From the NCBI GenBank assembly GCA_038885755.1, contig JAVZZH010000001.1:131155-195154 (forward strand): 64,000 nucleotides of DNA. Direction: 5' to 3'. This document shows positions 16,780 through 26,812 of the stretch, in pieces; the stretch's first letter is position 1, and each line of letters begins with the position of its first letter. Source of the DNA: Candidatus Caldarchaeum sp. Its GTDB lineage: Archaea; Thermoproteota; Nitrososphaeria_A; Caldarchaeales; Caldarchaeaceae. The notes under the pieces are model-generated. The model saw only the letters and a list, made by a program, of their open reading frames with translations. It was not told where the DNA came from and made no database searches. The position numbers were made by a program, and so were the translations under genes.

Positions 16780-17898
16780 TTGCCAATGTCCAACAGTGTG
16801 GAAGCTGAAAACCTGACAAAGAGATTTGGAAAAACAGTTGCCGTGAATAACGTATCCTTTAAGATCAGGAAGGGCGAGTTCTTCTGCATCATAGGGCCGA
16901 GCGGATGTGGTAAGACGACAACACTCAGGCTTGTGGCCGGCCTTATACGGCCCGACAGCGGCAAGATATACATAAATGGCGTGGACTACACCAACGTCCC
17001 AACACACAAGCGGCCACTGTCAATGGTTTTCCAGACATGGGCGCTTTTCCCCCACATGACGGTTTATGAGAATGTTGAGTTCGGCCTCAAGATGCGTAAT
17101 TTAAGCGAGGCCGAGAGGAGGGAGGCCATCAAGTGGGCTTTAGGACTTGTTAAGATGGAGGATTTCGCCCACCGGAAGCCTAGAGAGCTTAGCGGGGGGC
17201 AGCAGCAACGCGTGGGTATAGCGAGGGCATTGGTGGTCAGGCCTGAGATACTGTTGTTGGACGAGCCCCTGGGCAACCTCGACTTCAAGCTCCAGCTATG
17301 GCTACAGGAGGAGTTGAAGCGGATTCACAAGGTTACTGGCGTTACATTCCTGTATGTCACGCATGACCAGAGACAGGCTATGGCGATGGGTGACACGATT
17401 ATGGTTATGAACATGGGTGTTATCGAGCAGATGGGAACACCTATTGAACTCTACTCAAACCCCAGCAGTGTGTTTGTAGCCAAGTTCGTGGGCGAGTCCA
17501 ACATACTCGAGGGAATGGTGAGAGCGGTCGAGGGTGGAAAAGCCTTGGTGGAGACCCCGCTCACTAACTTTCATCTCCCCAACAACGAGGTTAAGACCGG
17601 TGACAGGGTCTGGGTCTTCTGGCGGCCAGAGGACACTTACTTAGGACGGGACGCTGAGAGCTCTGAATACAAGTTCAACGGCGAGGTTGTGGACGTGACT
17701 ACGGCCGGGTCGGTCACAAACTATAAGATTTCAGTCGGCGGACATTTATTGAAAGCAACGGTTAAGGGTCTCCCGATGGACGGCGTGGAAGCAGGTTCCA
17801 AGATACTGCTGGGATGCAAGAATTCATGCCTGAAGCTGATCACTAAGGCAAGCTCCAGCGGCTTGGCAGATGTTGAGCGGATAATATTGGGCGAGTGA
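16780..17898 (+). CDS. ABC transporter ATP-binding protein (PotA/MalK-like with C-terminal regulatory domain)
   Basis: Walker A is GPSGCGKTT, the signature is LSGGQQQR, and Walker B is LLLDEP. Confidence 0.9.
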   Translation: MPMSNSVEAENLTKRFGKTVAVNNVSFKIRKGEFFCIIGPSGCGKTTTLRLVAGLIRPDSGKIYINGVDYTNVPTHKRPLSMVFQTWALFPHMTVYENVEFGLKMRNLSEAERREAIKWALGLVKMEDFAHRKPRELSGGQQQRVGIARALVVRPEILLLDEPLGNLDFKLQLWLQEELKRIHKVTGVTFLYVTHDQRQAMAMGDTIMVMNMGVIEQMGTPIELYSNPSSVFVAKFVGESNILEGMVRAVEGGKALVETPLTNFHLPNNEVKTGDRVWVFWRPEDTYLGRDAESSEYKFNGEVVDVTTAGSVTNYKISVGGHLLKATVKGLPMDGVEAGSKILLGCKNSCLKLITKASSSGLADVERIILGE

Positions 17899-17901
17899 AA
17901 G

Positions 17902-18768
17902 ATGGGTGAGGCTGCCGCACGACAGAGAACGATAACCCCATACCTGCTGATGGGGCCTATGTTGGCGACGATAATCGTCTTCCTAGTCGTCCCCTTGGTG
18001 ATGGTTGGGATTGTCAGCTTCTACACACCCACGGGAACAGGCTACGCACCCGTTGTGAACGTGGCCAGCTATGTCAGGTTTTTCACTGATCCTACCATAT
18101 ACGGGATTCTCCTCAACACACTAGCCTATTCAGCAATAGTGACGGTTATGGCCTTCATACTGGCCTACCCGATCGCATACTTCCTGACCATGAAGGTCAG
18201 GACCTTCAGGGCCAAGACAATACTGCTGATAGCCATGCTGATACCGTTCTGGATAGACTTCACAACCCGAGCCCTCTCATGGATTCCATGGCTGGGGATA
18301 CAGGGAATCATCAACCAAGTTCTGATAAGACTCGGAATACTCCAGGAGCCCTCACCCATATTCCTCTTCTCACCATTCGCCATGCTCCTCGTCATGATTC
18401 AGGGCTATACTCTATTCATGATAGCCCCTATCTTCATAGTTATGAGCAAGATAGATCCAATACTGTATGAGGCCGCTAAAGTCCTCGGAGCATCACCTAT
18501 AAAAACCTTCTACCACATCAACCTGAGACTCTCACTGCCCGGAATCGGTGTGGGAACAGTCTTCGTCTTTCTGTCCGCCGTTGCCGATTTCGCAACCCCA
18601 CGGTTGATAGGCGGCCTGGTCACGAGCATAGGCCAGGTTATCAGGGACCAGGTCGTCTTCCTTAACTTACCGCTCGCCTCCGCAATATCCGTGGTCCTCA
18701 CTATGATTGCGTTAGCTATAGTGATGACGGTGTTCAAGCTCATGAATATTAGGCAGGTATTCGAGTAG
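17902..18768 (+). CDS. ABC transporter permease
   Basis: Six-TM BPD-type permease. It follows the ATPase gene after 3 nt. Confidence 0.85.
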   Translation: MGEAAARQRTITPYLLMGPMLATIIVFLVVPLVMVGIVSFYTPTGTGYAPVVNVASYVRFFTDPTIYGILLNTLAYSAIVTVMAFILAYPIAYFLTMKVRTFRAKTILLIAMLIPFWIDFTTRALSWIPWLGIQGIINQVLIRLGILQEPSPIFLFSPFAMLLVMIQGYTLFMIAPIFIVMSKIDPILYEAAKVLGASPIKTFYHINLRLSLPGIGVGTVFVFLSAVADFATPRLIGGLVTSIGQVIRDQVVFLNLPLASAISVVLTMIALAIVMTVFKLMNIRQVFE

Positions 18769-18779
18769 GAGGGGCTGGC

Positions 18780-19574
18780 ATGGCTAGGGACGTATCGAAG
18801 ATAATACTCGCCCTCTACACCGCTGGCATGGTCTTCTTCATATACGCACCGATAATCACCATGGTACTCTTCTCATTCAACGGCTCGCCTAGGACTGTAC
18901 CACCGTTCGACGGGCCAAGCCTGAGATGGTACGAGGTACTCTTCAGTCAGAAGGTTGTATTGCTGGAGGCCTTCACTAGGTCGATCCTGCTAGCTATCCT
19001 GACGATGGTGATAGCAACGCCGCTATTCACTTTTGCAGGACTAGCCTATAGGAAGCGGTTCAAGGGTGATGAGTTTGCCTTCTACCTGGTTACTATAGGC
19101 ATAATCATGCCCGGGATAACCTACAGCCTAGGCGTCCTGATATTCTATAATACCCTGGGAATGAACGTGTCTCTTTGGACAGGGCTCCCAGTCCACCTCG
19201 TCTGGTCTGTCCCATGGGGTCTAATACTAGTGAGGGCTATGATAGACCCAAACATCATATATTATGAGGAGGCGGCCAAGACCTTGGGCGCCAGCGACTG
19301 GCAGATCTTCAGAAGAATAACCCTCCCCCTCTTCATCCCAGCTATATTGGGTGGAGCCCTGTTCGCCTTCACCCTCTCGTTTACAGAGCTCATACGAAGC
19401 ATCTTCGTAGTATCACCTAATACGCTGCCCTTACAAGTCTTGGCTGAGGTGACTGTCTGGGGTGTCTCACCCTACATATTCGCCATCGGAAGCCTCATAG
19501 TAATCATCTCCCTGGCACTTCTCCTGTTGGCCGGCTTTCTGTTGAGGGGCGTTTTTGAGAAGCTCCAGATATGA
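18780..19574 (+). CDS. ABC transporter permease
   Basis: Second BPD-type permease, with EAAKTLGASDWQIFRRITLP as the EAA loop. Confidence 0.85.
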   Translation: MARDVSKIILALYTAGMVFFIYAPIITMVLFSFNGSPRTVPPFDGPSLRWYEVLFSQKVVLLEAFTRSILLAILTMVIATPLFTFAGLAYRKRFKGDEFAFYLVTIGIIMPGITYSLGVLIFYNTLGMNVSLWTGLPVHLVWSVPWGLILVRAMIDPNIIYYEEAAKTLGASDWQIFRRITLPLFIPAILGGALFAFTLSFTELIRSIFVVSPNTLPLQVLAEVTVWGVSPYIFAIGSLIVIISLALLLLAGFLLRGVFEKLQI

Positions 19575-19613
19575 GATCCACTCAATGGGTCAGAGGCTTG
19601 GGTTGAGGTCCAG

Positions 19614-21395
19614 ATGTCTAGGGTGAGACCGACCGACATACCTTCCGAAAGCCAGATGATAGTATCCTCCATCATCAAGGAGCAGCTGGAACAAGAAAAG
19701 GTCAAGTATACTGGTTTCCAGAGGGGTACGATTCTAAAGGACTATGCTAGGGTTGTGGAGAAAGACCCCGTCCTATTCCACAGCGAATACGTCGTAAGGT
19801 TCACGTATGACATGGTGAGGACCGCCATCGGCCCTTTCGGACAGGATAAGATGGTCTCAAAAGATTTAGGGGACTCTCCGCCCACGAGGCATGTCTTCAT
19901 CACCAACGACATATACGAGTTCTTAAGCCTCCTCGAGTTTAAGCATCCCATAGCTAAGATTGTGGTGGACTTGGCCAAGTCAGTTGACTCTGAGGTGGGC
20001 GACGGTGTGGCAACTTCGGTCCTGCTGGGTTGCTCGCTCGTCCTTCGTGGATGTGAGCTAGTTAGACATGGCCTGCATCCCACAACGGTTGTTGACGGCT
20101 ATGCCAGGGCCCTTAAATTAAGCTTGTTAAGCTTGGAGAGAAACTCAGTAGCAGTCTCTATGCATGATGAGCGGCTCCTAGAGTCTGTCGCATCCTCGGC
20201 CATAAGGAACAAGTCCGCCGAAGGTATAGAGCCCGACGTGGTCAGGCGTGTAGTTAAAGTCTTCAACAATCTTAGAAACTCTGCCGGTAGCTATCTCGAC
20301 CTAGCCAATCTGAAGATTGAAAGGACCATAGGGTCATCCCTTGAGGAGACAATTTTCGTTGACGGCGTGATTCTAAGGAATGAGGTTATACATGATGGTA
20401 TGCCCAAGAGGGTAGTGGACGGGAAAGTAGCCCTCATATCCAAGCCGATAGTCACCCGCGACTTTAACAAGCCCATAGGCTATGACGATGTAGTGTTTGA
20501 GTTTGAGGAGCCAACCGCATATAGAAGCTATTCGAGTTATAGGGAGAAAGTTCTCAGAGAGGCTGCCAGCCATATCATCGCCTCGGGTGCAAGCGTCCTT
20601 TTCCTCAGTCAGGGGATAGATGAGATAGCTATAGACCTTCTGGTGAAGAAGGGTATTCTAGCGGTTAGGAGGATAGTCCCCGAAGACATGGAAAGGCTGG
20701 CGAGAGCCACCAAAGGCATAATAGTGGCAACTCCATCCCAGCTCAGGCCCGAGCATCTTGGGAGGGCCCGGCTTGTGGAGGAGAAGAAGATAGGTGATAG
20801 CGAGTGGGTCTTCGTCGTTGGTGTGGGTGGTGGAGGTCCACAATCCATACTGTTGACAGCCCCTCACGATGAGTATGCCAGGGATGCTGAGCACCTGTTG
20901 ATGAATTCGCTGAGGGCGCTGGCAAGCCTCCAGAGGGAGCCACGTGTTGTTGCGGGTGGCGGAGTAGCTCTCTTTGACGCTGCGGTGAATTTGAGGGAAT
21001 GGGCTTGGAGTGAGGCGGGTAAGACCCCGCTTGCTGTGGAGAAGTTTGCAGATGCTTTGGAGGATGTCCACAAATCCATTGTGGAGAACGCCGGATATGA
21101 CGCATTAGAGGTAGCTGCCGAGGTGAGGCGGATGCATGCTGCCGGAGTCCATGATTATGGGTTTGATGTGATGACGGGCCAGTACGCCCGCTTCATATCA
21201 GAGGGTATTCTAGATCCGCTCCCTGTTGTTAGGCAGGCCTTGGTCGCGGCTTTCGAGTTCGCTGTTCTTGTCCTGAGGACAGACGGCATATACTACATAC
21301 CGAGGACGAGGAGAGAACTGATGGAGAAGAGAAAGGCTGAGAGGAAGAGGAAGGGGAAGAGGCCTGGAGACTGGGTTGAGGAGAAACAGTACTAA
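19614..21395 (+). CDS. Divergent group II chaperonin (thermosome/CCT) homologue with degenerate nucleotide-binding motifs
   Basis: Clear TCP-1/cpn60 backbone: IGPFGQDKM, ITND, HPIAKIVVDLAKS, VGDGVATS, VVAGGGVALF. GDGTTT is replaced by GDGVAT, NDGATIL by NDIYEFL, and HDAL by MNSL. The C-terminal tail is basic. GAGGT lies 6 nt upstream of the ATG, 39 nt after the permease gene. Confidence 0.75.
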   Translation: MSRVRPTDIPSESQMIVSSIIKEQLEQEKVKYTGFQRGTILKDYARVVEKDPVLFHSEYVVRFTYDMVRTAIGPFGQDKMVSKDLGDSPPTRHVFITNDIYEFLSLLEFKHPIAKIVVDLAKSVDSEVGDGVATSVLLGCSLVLRGCELVRHGLHPTTVVDGYARALKLSLLSLERNSVAVSMHDERLLESVASSAIRNKSAEGIEPDVVRRVVKVFNNLRNSAGSYLDLANLKIERTIGSSLEETIFVDGVILRNEVIHDGMPKRVVDGKVALISKPIVTRDFNKPIGYDDVVFEFEEPTAYRSYSSYREKVLREAASHIIASGASVLFLSQGIDEIAIDLLVKKGILAVRRIVPEDMERLARATKGIIVATPSQLRPEHLGRARLVEEKKIGDSEWVFVVGVGGGGPQSILLTAPHDEYARDAEHLLMNSLRALASLQREPRVVAGGGVALFDAAVNLREWAWSEAGKTPLAVEKFADALEDVHKSIVENAGYDALEVAAEVRRMHAAGVHDYGFDVMTGQYARFISEGILDPLPVVRQALVAAFEFAVLVLRTDGIYYIPRTRRELMEKRKAERKRKGKRPGDWVEEKQY

Positions 21396-21735
21396 CTGAT
21401 ACCGTCAAGTTATCTTTAGGGGGGTTTGTGAAGCCGCTTTTTGTAGGTGGTGTTCATCAGGTGGCTTAAAGCTCTTGAGAATAGTGGTAAGGGCCCCGGG
21501 ATTGCTGAAGCCCTTAAGCCCCCGCCTTAACAGATTCGTAGAACCTTCGGCGAGAGCAACAGCGTTGAAAGATGGTTTAGAGGCCATGACTGGACGCTTC
21601 TCCAACAACTTCCTAGTTAAGGCTCTTCATCTAATGGTGTAGCTTCATGAAGCCGCATCAGAACCCTGAAAAGGTCGATAGCAACGCCAATCACTTGATA
21701 ACGCTTAAATATTACACGTATACTCCTAATAATAT

Positions 21736-22617
21736 ATGGCTGAGAAGGAGATATTTGTTGGTTTTGGGGTTGACGTGGATGCCGTTGCTGGTTGGATAGG
21801 CTCCTACGGAGGTGAGGACTCGCCGTCAGACATACAACGTGGCATCTTCGCGGGTGAAGTTGGGACGCCGCGGCTTTTGAAGCTCTTTAAAAAGGTTGGG
21901 TTGAAGACAAGTTGGTTTTGGCCAGGACATTCGATAGAGACGTTCCCCGAGCAGTTCAGGATGTGTGTCGATGAGGGGCATGAGATAGGAGCCCACGGAT
22001 ACACACATGAGAACCCGATAGCTATGACGCCCGAGCAGGAGGAGGCGGTTCTGGCCAAGTGTGTATCGCTCATAAAAGCTGAGACAGGTAAGAGCCCCCG
22101 CGGCTATGTGGCTCCGTGGTGGGAGATGTCTAACAACACTATAGACCTACTGCTGAAGTATGGCTTCAAATACGACCACAGTCAGCACCATCATGACTTC
22201 CAGCCCTACTACGCTAGAAGGAGGGACACATGGACAAAGATAGACTATTCGAAGCACCCCGATACTTGGATGAAACCGCTCATTAGAGGGGCTGAGGTTG
22301 ACCTCGTGGAAATACCCGGCAACTGGTATATGGATGACCTGCCGCCCATGATGTTCATAAAGAAAGCGCCCAACAGTCATGGGTGGGTAAGCCCGAGAGA
22401 TATCGAGATTTTGTGGAGAGACCAGTTCGACTGGGTTTACCGGGAGTATGACTACGCAGTCTACTGTTTCACAATACATCCCGATGTCAGCGGCAGGCCT
22501 CAGAACCTTCTGATGCTCGAGAGGCTGATAAGATACATCAACAAACATAGGGGCGTTATCTGGGCTACGATGGAGGAGATAGCTGAAGATTTTCGAAGGA
22601 GACATCCACGTAAGTGA
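21736..22617 (+). CDS. NodB-type polysaccharide deacetylase family hydrolase (PuuE-allantoinase-like)
   Basis: Contains [14 protein letters not shown] (HxxxH metal motif) and FGVDVDAV. Confidence 0.65.
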   Translation: MAEKEIFVGFGVDVDAVAGWIGSYGGEDSPSDIQRGIFAGEVGTPRLLKLFKKVGLKTSWFWPGHSIETFPEQFRMCVDEGHEIGAHGYTHENPIAMTPEQEEAVLAKCVSLIKAETGKSPRGYVAPWWEMSNNTIDLLLKYGFKYDHSQHHHDFQPYYARRRDTWTKIDYSKHPDTWMKPLIRGAEVDLVEIPGNWYMDDLPPMMFIKKAPNSHGWVSPRDIEILWRDQFDWVYREYDYAVYCFTIHPDVSGRPQNLLMLERLIRYINKHRGVIWATMEEIAEDFRRRHPRK

Positions 22618-22635
22618 GCTTCATCTTTTTTCTTT

Positions 22636-23475
22636 CTATGTTTGCTGGACTAGCTCGCTGTATAGCTCGGGCGACCTATCCCTCAGAAACGGTGCATATC
22701 TGCGTCTCTCCCTTACAAAATCAAGGTCCAGTTCATGGACCAGGACATACTCCTCACTGGGTGCAATGGCAAGCCGTTCTCCCTTAGGATTGAATATGCA
22801 GCTTTTTCCAAAATACGTGGCTGGCTGCTCTGGAAACTCTCTCCCACACCTGTTAACGCCGCAGACATATATTGTGTTGAATGCGGCGTGGGCTGCCAGC
22901 TCCAGCTCCCACAGCTCTGGATAAAGGCCGGTGCATGTTGGTACGAAAACTATTTCCGCTCCCTTAACAGCCATTATCCGGGGTCCTTCGGGGAAGTGCC
23001 TGTCATAGCAAATTATCACGCCAAACCTAACACCCTGGTCTTGGAAGACTGGGTATCCTAAGTTGCCCATCCTGAAGTAGAATTTCTCACTGTATCCGAT
23101 GAGCTGGGGTATGTGGGTCTTCCGATACTTCCCGATAAGCTCGCCCCTGTGGCTGATTATGGCTGCGGTGTTGTAGAAGGTTCCAGGAACAGTTGTGTCC
23201 TCTTCAAACATAGGAGCTATGACTGTGACACCGTATTTATTGGCCGCCTCAGCCAGCTTGGCTGTGGTGGGTCCGGGTATAGGTTCGGCCAGTGAGAAGA
23301 ACTCGATCCTCTGCTGCACGGCGAAGTATTGAGAGAAGAATAGCTCCTGCAGACATACGATCTTGGCGCCCTTTCCAGCAGCCTCACCTATGAGACCCAC
23401 CGCCTTATCCACGTTCCTCTCCTTCTCCTTCTCCGCGTTCATCTGGATGAGTCCTACCTTGACTGTGCGGCCCAT
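22636..23475 (-). CDS. Carbon-nitrogen hydrolase (nitrilase superfamily; N-carbamoyl amidase/beta-ureidopropionase-like)
   Basis: The Glu-Lys-Cys triad context is CLQELF, YRKTHIP and VIICYDRHFPE. Confidence 0.8.
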   Translation of the reverse strand: MGRTVKVGLIQMNAEKEKERNVDKAVGLIGEAAGKGAKIVCLQELFFSQYFAVQQRIEFFSLAEPIPGPTTAKLAEAANKYGVTVIAPMFEEDTTVPGTFYNTAAIISHRGELIGKYRKTHIPQLIGYSEKFYFRMGNLGYPVFQDQGVRFGVIICYDRHFPEGPRIMAVKGAEIVFVPTCTGLYPELWELELAAHAAFNTIYVCGVNRCGREFPEQPATYFGKSCIFNPKGERLAIAPSEEYVLVHELDLDFVRERRRYAPFLRDRSPELYSELVQQT

Positions 23476-23479
23476 TGTG

Positions 23480-24508
23480 TCAACTCATTTTAGGCTGATA
23501 TTTATAACTGTCGGATATCTCGCCAGCAATGTTAGAGAGCATAAGGCTTCTCACATCCCCTCCCTGCCCCAAACACCACATGAGTTTGACCAGGGCGGTT
23601 TCCGGCAGCATGTCAGAAGTTGGAATGATGTTTTTGACGGCTAGAATCTTCTTATCCAGAGCATATACACCCAGCTTCTCACCACCGTAGAGGCATTGTG
23701 TGGTAATGACGACAGGCCTCCCATAGTCCTCCACCACACCGATGAATTTATCGTCGCTCTTTATGTGGCCGAGTCCGGTGCCCTCCACCACTACACCGTC
23801 GTAGAGTGATAAGATTTTAGCCATAGCCTCGTCTGTTAGGGATGGAGTCATTTTTATCAGCCCCACGTTGGGGTTGAGCTCCGTCTTCAGATATGCTCTG
23901 CTCTCCCCCCTTCTGACTCTTTTCTTCACATCGAGATGTATGGTCTCACCCACCACATGTCCGAGAGGTTCCTCATTTACGCTGGCGAATGCGTTTAAAG
24001 CGTGGGAGTGGATCTTCTTGGCCCTCGTCCCCTTGATGATCACTTTTCTCCCTCCGAACGCGTCCTCTGAGAAGACCACGCAAACATGGCCCAGATCTGC
24101 ATACGCTGCAACTCTTAGAGCTGCCTTGACATTACCCGGTCCATCGCTGCCTGGGTTGCCTCCCGGTATCATAGCACCTGTCAAGACAACCGGGACCTCT
24201 GGATATCCCAGCATGAAGCTGAGGGCGGAGGCCGTATACTGCAGAGTGTCGGTTCCATGTAAGACCACCACACCGTCCACACCCTCTTGGAGAGATTTGT
24301 AGACAGAATTGGCCACGGCCTGCCAGTCGCTAGGTGTGAAGTCGAAGCTGGCCTTCACCATTATCTCCCGTATCTCATAGTCCACGCCCTCCACGGATAT
24401 TTCAGGGAATGTCTGCTTGTAGGATAGTATCTCGGCGCCTGCCTTGGCGTCAAATGTCTTAGACAGTATGGTCCCGCCGGTGGCTAGGACATGTACATGC
24501 TTGGCCAT
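23480..24508 (-). CDS. L-asparaginase (type I/archaeal)
   Basis: Contains VLATGGTILSK and VVLHGTDTLQYTA. The start is placed at MAKHVHV (24508), trimming the 19-codon ORF-track extension. Confidence 0.8.
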   Translation of the reverse strand: MAKHVHVLATGGTILSKTFDAKAGAEILSYKQTFPEISVEGVDYEIREIMVKASFDFTPSDWQAVANSVYKSLQEGVDGVVVLHGTDTLQYTASALSFMLGYPEVPVVLTGAMIPGGNPGSDGPGNVKAALRVAAYADLGHVCVVFSEDAFGGRKVIIKGTRAKKIHSHALNAFASVNEEPLGHVVGETIHLDVKKRVRRGESRAYLKTELNPNVGLIKMTPSLTDEAMAKILSLYDGVVVEGTGLGHIKSDDKFIGVVEDYGRPVVITTQCLYGGEKLGVYALDKKILAVKNIIPTSDMLPETALVKLMWCLGQGGDVRSLMLSNIAGEISDSYKYQPKMS

Positions 24509-24608
24509 GGCTATGAAAAACTCACTAACAATATTTATTGTTAAGTGTGCCGGCGCCAAAGCCATATATCAACGCCGCGGCAGCCCACCCGCGACGGATT
24601 GGCAGCAT

Positions 24609-25571
24609 ATGATTGTTAGCGGTGATGAGATGAAGGGTCTTGTCTCCATGGATGAGGTGATATCTCTTGTGGAGCAGGCTTATGCTGCTCATGCAAGGGG
24701 GCTATGTATCATGCAGCCGAAGACCCAGCTAATCATAGAGAAGTACTCTGGCGAGTGGGAGGCCATGCCATCCTATCTAGGAGAGCCGGAATCATCAGCA
24801 TGTAAGTGGGTGGCTATCAGGGAGAGGAATAGGGAGAGTTTCGGACCCCCCACAGTCATGTCCACCGTAGTATACACTGACCCGGAGACGGGATACTCGC
24901 TGATGATTTGTGACGGCACCTATCACACAAATATGCGGACAGAAGCCGCTGCGGCGGTCTCAGCTAAGTGGATGGCGAGGCGGGACTCCAAAGTGGCTGT
25001 CGGAACACTTAGGGCCCTGAATAGCTTGAACATGTTTAGGAAAGTGCTGGTGTGGAGTGGGAATAGGGAGAATGCTGACAGCTTCGTCGAACGTATGCAG
25101 GCGGAGGTGTCGATGGAACTTGCAGTTGTTAACAGCGTCCGCGATGTGGTGGCTGACTCGGATGTGGTTGTTACCCAGACACCCGCTACTGAGCCGGTGG
25201 TTAAGGATGAGTGGGTGCGGGAGGGGACACATATCGCAGTCATGGGTGCCGACATGGAGGGTAAGCAGGAGCTTGAGGGTAAGCTGCTGAAGAGGAGCCG
25301 TATCTTCGTGGACGACTTGAGTCAGTGTATTAGGGACGGGGAGATTAATGTCCCGCTCAGGAAGGGTGAGGTCAGGGTTGAGGACGTGGCGGGAACCATC
25401 GGCGAGATAATAATAGGTAGGAAGATAGGAAGGCTCTCCCAAGACGATATCACTGTCTTCGACTCCACTGTAATAGCTCTGCGGGACGCCGCTGTAACCA
25501 CGCTTGAGTATAAACGGGCTAGGGAAAGGGGTGTGGGCGTGGAGAAGAGGATGATCGTATCGCAAACCTAG
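24609..25571 (+). CDS. Ornithine cyclodeaminase/mu-crystallin (archaeal alanine dehydrogenase-like) family protein, atypical NAD site
   Basis: MIVSGDEMKGLVSMDEVISLVEQAY...MRTEAAAAVSAKWMAR...GTHIAVMGAD...VFDSTVIALRDAAV matches the family. The upstream part of the ORF-track ORF overlaps the asparaginase gene, so the start is set at the ATG at 24609. Confidence 0.7.
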   Translation: MIVSGDEMKGLVSMDEVISLVEQAYAAHARGLCIMQPKTQLIIEKYSGEWEAMPSYLGEPESSACKWVAIRERNRESFGPPTVMSTVVYTDPETGYSLMICDGTYHTNMRTEAAAAVSAKWMARRDSKVAVGTLRALNSLNMFRKVLVWSGNRENADSFVERMQAEVSMELAVVNSVRDVVADSDVVVTQTPATEPVVKDEWVREGTHIAVMGADMEGKQELEGKLLKRSRIFVDDLSQCIRDGEINVPLRKGEVRVEDVAGTIGEIIIGRKIGRLSQDDITVFDSTVIALRDAAVTTLEYKRARERGVGVEKRMIVSQT

Positions 25572-26701
25572 GAAGCCAGCTGGAGGATAGTGTGTAGGAG
25601 AACGTTGGCTCCCGCTTCAACGTCTCTAGGCTCGGTCCACTCATCAGGCGCATGGCTGACTCCATCACGGCTCGGAACAAATATCATGCCCACATCAGCT
25701 ATCCTAGCCATGTTCTGGGTATCGTGAACAGCGCCGCTTGGCATCAACCTGTGGCTGATACCCAGCTTCTCCACAGATGCCAGTATCGCCTCCATCACTG
25801 TTTTAGACATAGGTGTCGGCTCCAGTCTCGCCCGCTCAGTAACGGTGTAGGATAGTCCAAGCCCCTTGAGGGTCTCGTCCACATACTCCAAAATCCTCTT
25901 CCTAGACTCGCTGAGGCGCTCCCGCGATATATCCCTGAAGTCGATGCTCATCTCAGCCTTGTTGGATATCACGTTGATGGCGGAGGGATATACTCGGATC
26001 AAGCCTACAGTGCCGAAAACACCCGCCCCAGCCTCCCTAGCCATTCTATTGATCTCGAGAGCAATCCTAGAGACGCCTATCACCGGGTCTCTCCTGAACT
26101 CCATGGGAGTTGTCCCCGCATGGCCCGACCTTCCGACAATCTCCAGCAGCCACTGGCTTATCCCGGCGATGCCTTGAACAACCCCGATACTTTCCCCCTT
26201 GCTGTGAAGCAATGGTCCCTGCTCTATATGTAGCTCGACCCAGGCCTTGAACTCACCCCGCCTTCTCACCGGCTCCGATAGATGCTCCGGTTCCAGCCCA
26301 CCCCTTCTCAGAGCCTCCAAGTATGTGATTCCTGAGTCATCTGTTTGGCTGTAAGCCTCTTCAAGCTTCAGGCTCCCTGTGGCAACCCTGCTGCCAGTCA
26401 TGAGGGGGAACCTGACACCCTCCTCATTACTGAACGATATGAGCTCCAGGGGATGTCTAGTGGTTATGTTGTAAGCGTTCAGCGTCCTTATCACTTCAAG
26501 TCCTGAGAGGACGCCTAGACAGCCGTCGAACATTCCGGCGTTGGGCACAGTGTCTATGTGGGAGCCTAGCCCCACCACGGGCAGGGAGTTATCCTCTCCC
26601 TTCCTACGTCCTAATATGTTGCCCGCTCTGTCTATGCGGACTTCGAGCCCCGCTTCACGCATCTTGGATATTAGGAGGCTCCTAGCCCTGTGGTCCTCCA
26701 T
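25568..26701 (-). CDS. M20-family N-carbamoyl-L-amino-acid / allantoate-type amidohydrolase; conserved N-terminus continues upstream to 26812 without a canonical start
   Basis: Contains GSHIDTVPNAGMFDG, EEGVRF and HAGTTPM. The 37 codons upstream of the ATG (to 26812) read TTLTDPRVSLDRIWSDLIEFSKIGETAGGGRTRLALS, which is typical for the family N-terminus. Confidence 0.85.
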   Translation of the reverse strand: MEDHRARSLLISKMREAGLEVRIDRAGNILGRRKGEDNSLPVVGLGSHIDTVPNAGMFDGCLGVLSGLEVIRTLNAYNITTRHPLELISFSNEEGVRFPLMTGSRVATGSLKLEEAYSQTDDSGITYLEALRRGGLEPEHLSEPVRRRGEFKAWVELHIEQGPLLHSKGESIGVVQGIAGISQWLLEIVGRSGHAGTTPMEFRRDPVIGVSRIALEINRMAREAGAGVFGTVGLIRVYPSAINVISNKAEMSIDFRDISRERLSESRKRILEYVDETLKGLGLSYTVTERARLEPTPMSKTVMEAILASVEKLGISHRLMPSGAVHDTQNMARIADVGMIFVPSRDGVSHAPDEWTEPRDVEAGANVLLHTILQLAS

Positions 26702-26812
26702 GCTGAGCGCGAGCCTCGTCCTACCCCCTCCCGCTGTCTCACCTATCTTACTGAACTCAATCAGGTCTGACCAGATCCTGTCTAGGGAAACCCTGGGATC
26801 GGTCAGCGTTGT

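Noticed and set aside
20291-21105. Stack of minus-strand ORFs (61-137 aa) inside the chaperonin-like gene
   Set aside because: They are antisense shadows of a long, well-supported plus-strand gene. Their sequences are Pro/Ser/Arg-rich and low in complexity.
24923-25565. 201-aa and 110-aa minus-strand ORFs
   Set aside because: They are antisense to the OCD-family gene and show no family resemblance.
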